The notes under the pieces are model-generated. The model was given only the letters and a program-made list of their open reading frames with translations, ran no database searches and was not told where the DNA came from. 64,000 nucleotides of DNA from positions 7,607 through 71,606 of the forward strand of contig CABTXQ010000001.1 of the NCBI GenBank assembly GCA_902488835.1. The letters are read 5' to 3'. The position numbers and the translations under genes were made by a program. The DNA is from an uncultured Ileibacterium sp. Lineage in GTDB: Bacteria > Bacillota > Clostridia > Peptostreptococcales > Anaerovoracaceae. Below are positions 60,062-64,000 of the stretch, piece after piece (the stretch's first letter is position 1; each line of letters opens with the position of its first letter).

Positions 60062-62572
60062 ATGAACGTTTCACTAAATTGGATAAGAAAATATGTTGAT
60101 TTGCCTGATAGTATTACCGAAGAGCAGATAGCTTACGATCTAACAATGAGAACGGTTGAGGTTGAGGATCAGATAAAAACATCTTCTAAATTTGATAATA
60201 TTGTAGTTGGTAAAATAGTAGAAATTCATGCACATCCGAATGCAGATAAACTTAAGATATGCATGGTTGATTGCGGTTTTAAAGAATTAAAACAAATTGT
60301 TTGTGGTGGAATTAATCTATATCCTGGTCAGTTTGTTGCAGTTTCACTACCTGGTTCTAAGGTAGTCTGGCATGGCAGCGGGGAACCTGTACTTATTAAA
60401 GAAAGTAAACTAAGAGGAGAAAAAAGCTTTGGTATGATTTGTGCCTCTGAAGAGATATATCTAGGTGATTTATTTCCGGATATCTCCAAAAACATCATGG
60501 ATTTAGGTAAAATTGATAATATTAATATGGATTTACTTATACCAGGTGAAAATATTTCAAATGTACTTGGCCTAAATGACAAGATTCTTGATATTGATAA
60601 TAAAAGCTTGACAAATAGACCTGATTTATGGGGACATTATGGAATTGCACGTGAGATTGCAGCAATATATAAGCTTGATCTTAAGGATGTCTACGAAGGG
60701 CTTAAGTTTGATGATGAATTTAAAAATCTTCCTGAATACAAGGTATCCATTGAAGATGAGGAAAAATGTAAAAGATATATTGCGCTTAAGATAGAAGATG
60801 TCTATGTTAAAGATTCGCCAGTCTGGATGAAGGTAGCATTAGAAAATGCAGGAATAAATCCAAAGAATGCAATTGTAGATATTACAAATTATGTAATGCT
60901 TGCGACAGGACAGCCTACACATGCATTTGACGCCTTACATGTTAAAGGTGATGAAATTATTGTAAGAAATGCATACCAAGGAGAAAAAATTCTACTCTTG
61001 GATGACGAAGAACTTGATCTAACAACTGATGATCTTGTAATTGCCAATAAGACCGAATCAATGGGGCTTGCCGGTATACGTGGCGGCAAGGAGGATTCTA
61101 TTTTAGAAAATACTAAGAAAGTTGTACTTGAGGTAGCTAATTTTACCCCTAACACGATTAGAAAGACTGAACAAAGGTTTGGAGAAAAAACTGATGCGGG
61201 AATAAGATTTGAGAAGGGAATAGATACAGAAAGAGCAGATATCGCTTTAAATCTTTCTATTGCCTTATTTAAGAAGATTTATCCTGGATGCAGACTGACA
61301 GCATATGGAGACGAAACAAAGGGTACAACACCGAATGCAGTAATCGATATTTCACAAGATTTTCTTGACAGAAGAATTGGAACATCTCTAAGTGAAGATT
61401 TAATCGTTGAAACACTTGATAGATTAGGATATGAAGTTGAAATTAGAAAAGTTGGTGCAAAAAAGATTGATCTTTCAATACGAAAGGATTCAAACGGAGT
61501 ACCTTTAAATGATAAATACTACCATGTTACAGCACCTACATGGAGATCAACTGGCGATGTATCTATTAGAGATGATATACTGGGAGATCTTGTAAGATTG
61601 ATTGGATATGAGAACTTTGAAAGCTCTCCTCTTACAGTTGATTTTCATAGTGCTGTTAAACAACCATTTGAGGAGCTTTGTAGGAGGATCAAAGAATATC
61701 TTTCATTTAGGTGCAATTATTATGAGATTTTTACTTATCCTTGGATAAATGATAAGTATATTACTGCTAGCAAAATTGATACGAATAAATTGATTAAGTT
61801 AACAACTCCTCCGTCTCCAAATGAAGCATGTTTACGTTCCTCCCTAGTTCCTGGTATGTTAGAGGCTGTAGGAAAAAATCTAAGATATTTTGATGAGTTT
61901 AATTTATACGAAATGGCAGAGGTTTTTCATATTGGAGAATACAGACCTAGCTCTGATGATGAGATTTTACCTATCCAAAAAATGATGCTTTCAGGCGTTA
62001 GTGTTTCAAATTCTAATGAAAAAGCATTCTATGATATTAAGGGGGTCCTTGAATTTATGCCAAAATATTGCCATATGGAGGGATTTACTTTTGATATGCA
62101 TATTAAACCAACTTGGGCGGATGAAAACGCATATTTAAATATAATCTGCAATGGCGATATCGTAGGCAATATGGGCATTTTGTCTTTTAAAACACTACAT
62201 GATTCAGGAATATCAGGTGCTTCAGTAGCAATATTTGAAATTGATATGTCAAAACTTGTTCCATTTACATCAAGAACGAATGAATATAGTAAACTACCGA
62301 TTTTCCCACAGGTAGAAGAAGACCTGTCAATATTGGTTGATGAAGATGTAACATGGAAAGATATTTATTCATCAATTTCTAATAAATGTAATGAAGTTAA
62401 ATTCAAGGAAATCTATCGTGGAGAGCAGATTCCAAGTGGTAAAAAATCTGTTATGCTTTCAATAATGATAGGATCTGATAAAGGTACGCTAAATTCAAAA
62501 CAAATAGACAAAAAAATGAAGACAATTATTAATTCACTTATAAAGTCATGTGGTGCTGAACTGAGAGGTTGA
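60062..62572 (+). CDS. pheT: Phenylalanine--tRNA ligase beta subunit homologue
   Basis: MNVSLNW, OB fold (HPNADKL, IVCGG, LRG..SFGMICA), TNRPDLWG..GIARE, B3/4 (VDITNYVML..GQPTHAFD), RFEKG, LRSSLVPG, C-terminal GKKSV...GAELR. Confidence 0.93.
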   Translation: MNVSLNWIRKYVDLPDSITEEQIAYDLTMRTVEVEDQIKTSSKFDNIVVGKIVEIHAHPNADKLKICMVDCGFKELKQIVCGGINLYPGQFVAVSLPGSKVVWHGSGEPVLIKESKLRGEKSFGMICASEEIYLGDLFPDISKNIMDLGKIDNINMDLLIPGENISNVLGLNDKILDIDNKSLTNRPDLWGHYGIAREIAAIYKLDLKDVYEGLKFDDEFKNLPEYKVSIEDEEKCKRYIALKIEDVYVKDSPVWMKVALENAGINPKNAIVDITNYVMLATGQPTHAFDALHVKGDEIIVRNAYQGEKILLLDDEELDLTTDDLVIANKTESMGLAGIRGGKEDSILENTKKVVLEVANFTPNTIRKTEQRFGEKTDAGIRFEKGIDTERADIALNLSIALFKKIYPGCRLTAYGDETKGTTPNAVIDISQDFLDRRIGTSLSEDLIVETLDRLGYEVEIRKVGAKKIDLSIRKDSNGVPLNDKYYHVTAPTWRSTGDVSIRDDILGDLVRLIGYENFESSPLTVDFHSAVKQPFEELCRRIKEYLSFRCNYYEIFTYPWINDKYITASKIDTNKLIKLTTPPSPNEACLRSSLVPGMLEAVGKNLRYFDEFNLYEMAEVFHIGEYRPSSDDEILPIQKMMLSGVSVSNSNEKAFYDIKGVLEFMPKYCHMEGFTFDMHIKPTWADENAYLNIICNGDIVGNMGILSFKTLHDSGISGASVAIFEIDMSKLVPFTSRTNEYSKLPIFPQVEEDLSILVDEDVTWKDIYSSISNKCNEVKFKEIYRGEQIPSGKKSVMLSIMIGSDKGTLNSKQIDKKMKTIINSLIKSCGAELRG

Positions 62573-62575
62573 TAG

Positions 62576-63544
62576 ATGGATATAGGAAGAATAGGCATTT
62601 TGACAAGTGGTGGAGATGCTCCAGGTATGAATGCCGCAGTAAGAGCTCTAGTCAGATATGGAATAGAAGCGGGTATTGAGGTTTATGGCATCTACAAAGG
62701 TTATGAAGGACTTATTAATGGATATATCAATGAAATGAACAGGAGATCTGTTTCAGATATTCTACAAAGGGGAGGTACAATTCTAAAAACTGCAAGGAGC
62801 GAAGAATTCAAGACAGAAGAGGGTATAAAAAAGGCAATTGATAAAGCGAAGATATTTGGGCTTGATCTGATTGTTGTTATAGGTGGTAATGGATCCTTTA
62901 AGGGAGCTGAAGCGCTTAGTGAAAATGGTGTACCAGTGATGTGTATTCCTTGCACAATCGACAATGACCTTGCATATACGGAAGAAACAATTGGGTTTGA
63001 CACAGCAATAAATACTGTTTTGGAAGCTATAACAAGGATTAGAGATACATCATCTGCACATGAAAGAACAACAGTAATAGAAGTTATGGGTAGAGAATGT
63101 GGAGATCTTGCACTTTATTCCGGCCTTGCAGGGGGAGCAGAGGTTGTACTTCTTCCAGAGCTAATCGTTGATATGGAATATGTATGTAGAAAGGTTATGC
63201 AGGGTGTTAACAGCGGTAAACAACATAGCATTATTGTTAAGGCTGAAGGTTACCCTATGAGCATAAATGACATAGTTTATGAAGTGTCTGAACGAACTGG
63301 AAGATCAGTTAAACCAGTGGTTTTATCCTATCTTCAAAGGGGAGGGTCCCCTTCACTTAGAGATCGACTCCTTGCAACACAGTGTGCAGATGTTGTTATT
63401 AATTTAATAAAAATGGGAGAGTATGACAGGGCAGCAGGTATAATAAATGGAAAGGTAACGGATATAAGTCTAGTTAAGGCACTTGAGTCAAAAAGAACAT
63501 TCAATGAAAGTATGTATCACTCTATTGATATTCTAAGCAAATAA
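62576..63544 (+). CDS. pfkA: ATP-dependent 6-phosphofructokinase
   Basis: LTSGGDAPGMNAA, GGTILKTAR, IGGNGS, TIDND, IGFDTA, EVMGR, QRGG. Confidence 0.94.
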   Translation: MDIGRIGILTSGGDAPGMNAAVRALVRYGIEAGIEVYGIYKGYEGLINGYINEMNRRSVSDILQRGGTILKTARSEEFKTEEGIKKAIDKAKIFGLDLIVVIGGNGSFKGAEALSENGVPVMCIPCTIDNDLAYTEETIGFDTAINTVLEAITRIRDTSSAHERTTVIEVMGRECGDLALYSGLAGGAEVVLLPELIVDMEYVCRKVMQGVNSGKQHSIIVKAEGYPMSINDIVYEVSERTGRSVKPVVLSYLQRGGSPSLRDRLLATQCADVVINLIKMGEYDRAAGIINGKVTDISLVKALESKRTFNESMYHSIDILSK

Positions 63545-63567
63545 ATTTAATTACACAAATAAAATTC

Positions 63568-63595
63568 TTGTATTTTTAATATCACATGATATAAT
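63568..63595 (+). promoter_or_regulatory. Sigma-A promoter of the small orphan gene
   Basis: TTGTAT-N16-TATAAT with TGn extension. Confidence 0.55.
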
Positions 63596-63653
63596 TCTAA
63601 TGATAAAAGTTAGTTTATATATTAAAGGATTTCAGTGCACGGGAGGTTGAACA

Positions 63654-63893
63654 ATGATTTTTTATTATAAGGCAAATAATAAAGTAACTAAGCCTCAAGA
63701 GAAGTATGTCCCGGGCATGGGCATGTGTTGGGAGTTTACTATGCTTCCATTCAAGGATAAGGAAGAGGAAAAATTATACAAGGAGACTCTTGCTGAGTTT
63801 GAGAAAATTCATGGCCCAATTGAAACGGATAGAGAACTTAAGATTTTCTATGACTATACAGTATTAAAGGGGTTAATCCCTAGAGGTAAGTAA
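63654..63893 (+). CDS. Small hypothetical protein (79 aa)
   Basis: GGGAGG RBS 7 nt before the ATG, own promoter and terminator; no family recognised. Confidence 0.65.
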   Translation: MIFYYKANNKVTKPQEKYVPGMGMCWEFTMLPFKDKEEEKLYKETLAEFEKIHGPIETDRELKIFYDYTVLKGLIPRGK

Positions 63894-63904
63894 ATAAAGA
63901 TAAG

Positions 63905-63928
63905 AAGCGGGGGAATCCCCGTTTTTTT
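63905..63928 (+). terminator. Intrinsic terminator
   Basis: GCGGGG-gaat-CCCCGT followed by a T run. Confidence 0.85.
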
Positions 63929-64000
63929 ATATGAAAAAGCATTTATCAATCCGTTGACCTTATAATTAATAAATCACCCTTTTGCAATGATATCATTGCA

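Noticed and set aside
62576..63544. PfkA variants GGNGS (usual GGDGS) and LSYLQRGG (usual LGHIQRGG) as a possible further pseudoenzyme
   Set aside because: The catalytic TIDND and MGR motifs are intact and such variants occur in other PFKs; too weak to call without an alignment.

Overview
AT-rich chromosomal window from a Bacillota (Clostridia-like) anaerobe, made almost entirely of housekeeping genes. In order: 3' part of polC; an ArsR/HMA/P1B-ATPase metal cassette; rimP-nusA-ylxR-infB-rbfA-nrnA-truB-ribF; a cell-wall-repeat CHAP protein; rpsO-pnp; DUF2207-lemA; a MATE transporter; a PPK1-like ORF; a preQ1-riboswitch-controlled queuosine-precursor transporter; ileS (type 2); rlmN; an FMN-riboswitch rib operon; plsX-rnc-smc-ftsY-der-plsY-miaB; transporters; CIRCE-preceded clpB; GntR/nth; gap-pgk-tpiA-secG-hppA; pheS-pheT-pfkA; and a small orphan gene. 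I saw no mobile element, CRISPR array, rRNA or tRNA. The interest lies in conserved-looking genes with non-canonical active sites. The strongest case is a PheRS-like pair with a remodelled amino-acid pocket in the alpha subunit (GFAFG->GFYIN, RTHTS->RPHLT, LGCG->MPGG) and altered anticodon-binding and B5 motifs in the beta subunit; it is a candidate re-specified or non-canonical aminoacyl-tRNA synthetase. Also notable: a PolC lacking its inserted proofreading exonuclease, an intact PPK1 homologue missing both catalytic histidines, a PlsY fused to a degenerate GpsA Rossmann domain, an IleRS2 with the GxHH motif, and an orphan promoter-to-terminator sRNA candidate at about 45580-45705. All calls come from motif recognition by eye against remembered consensus sequences; no searches or alignments were run.
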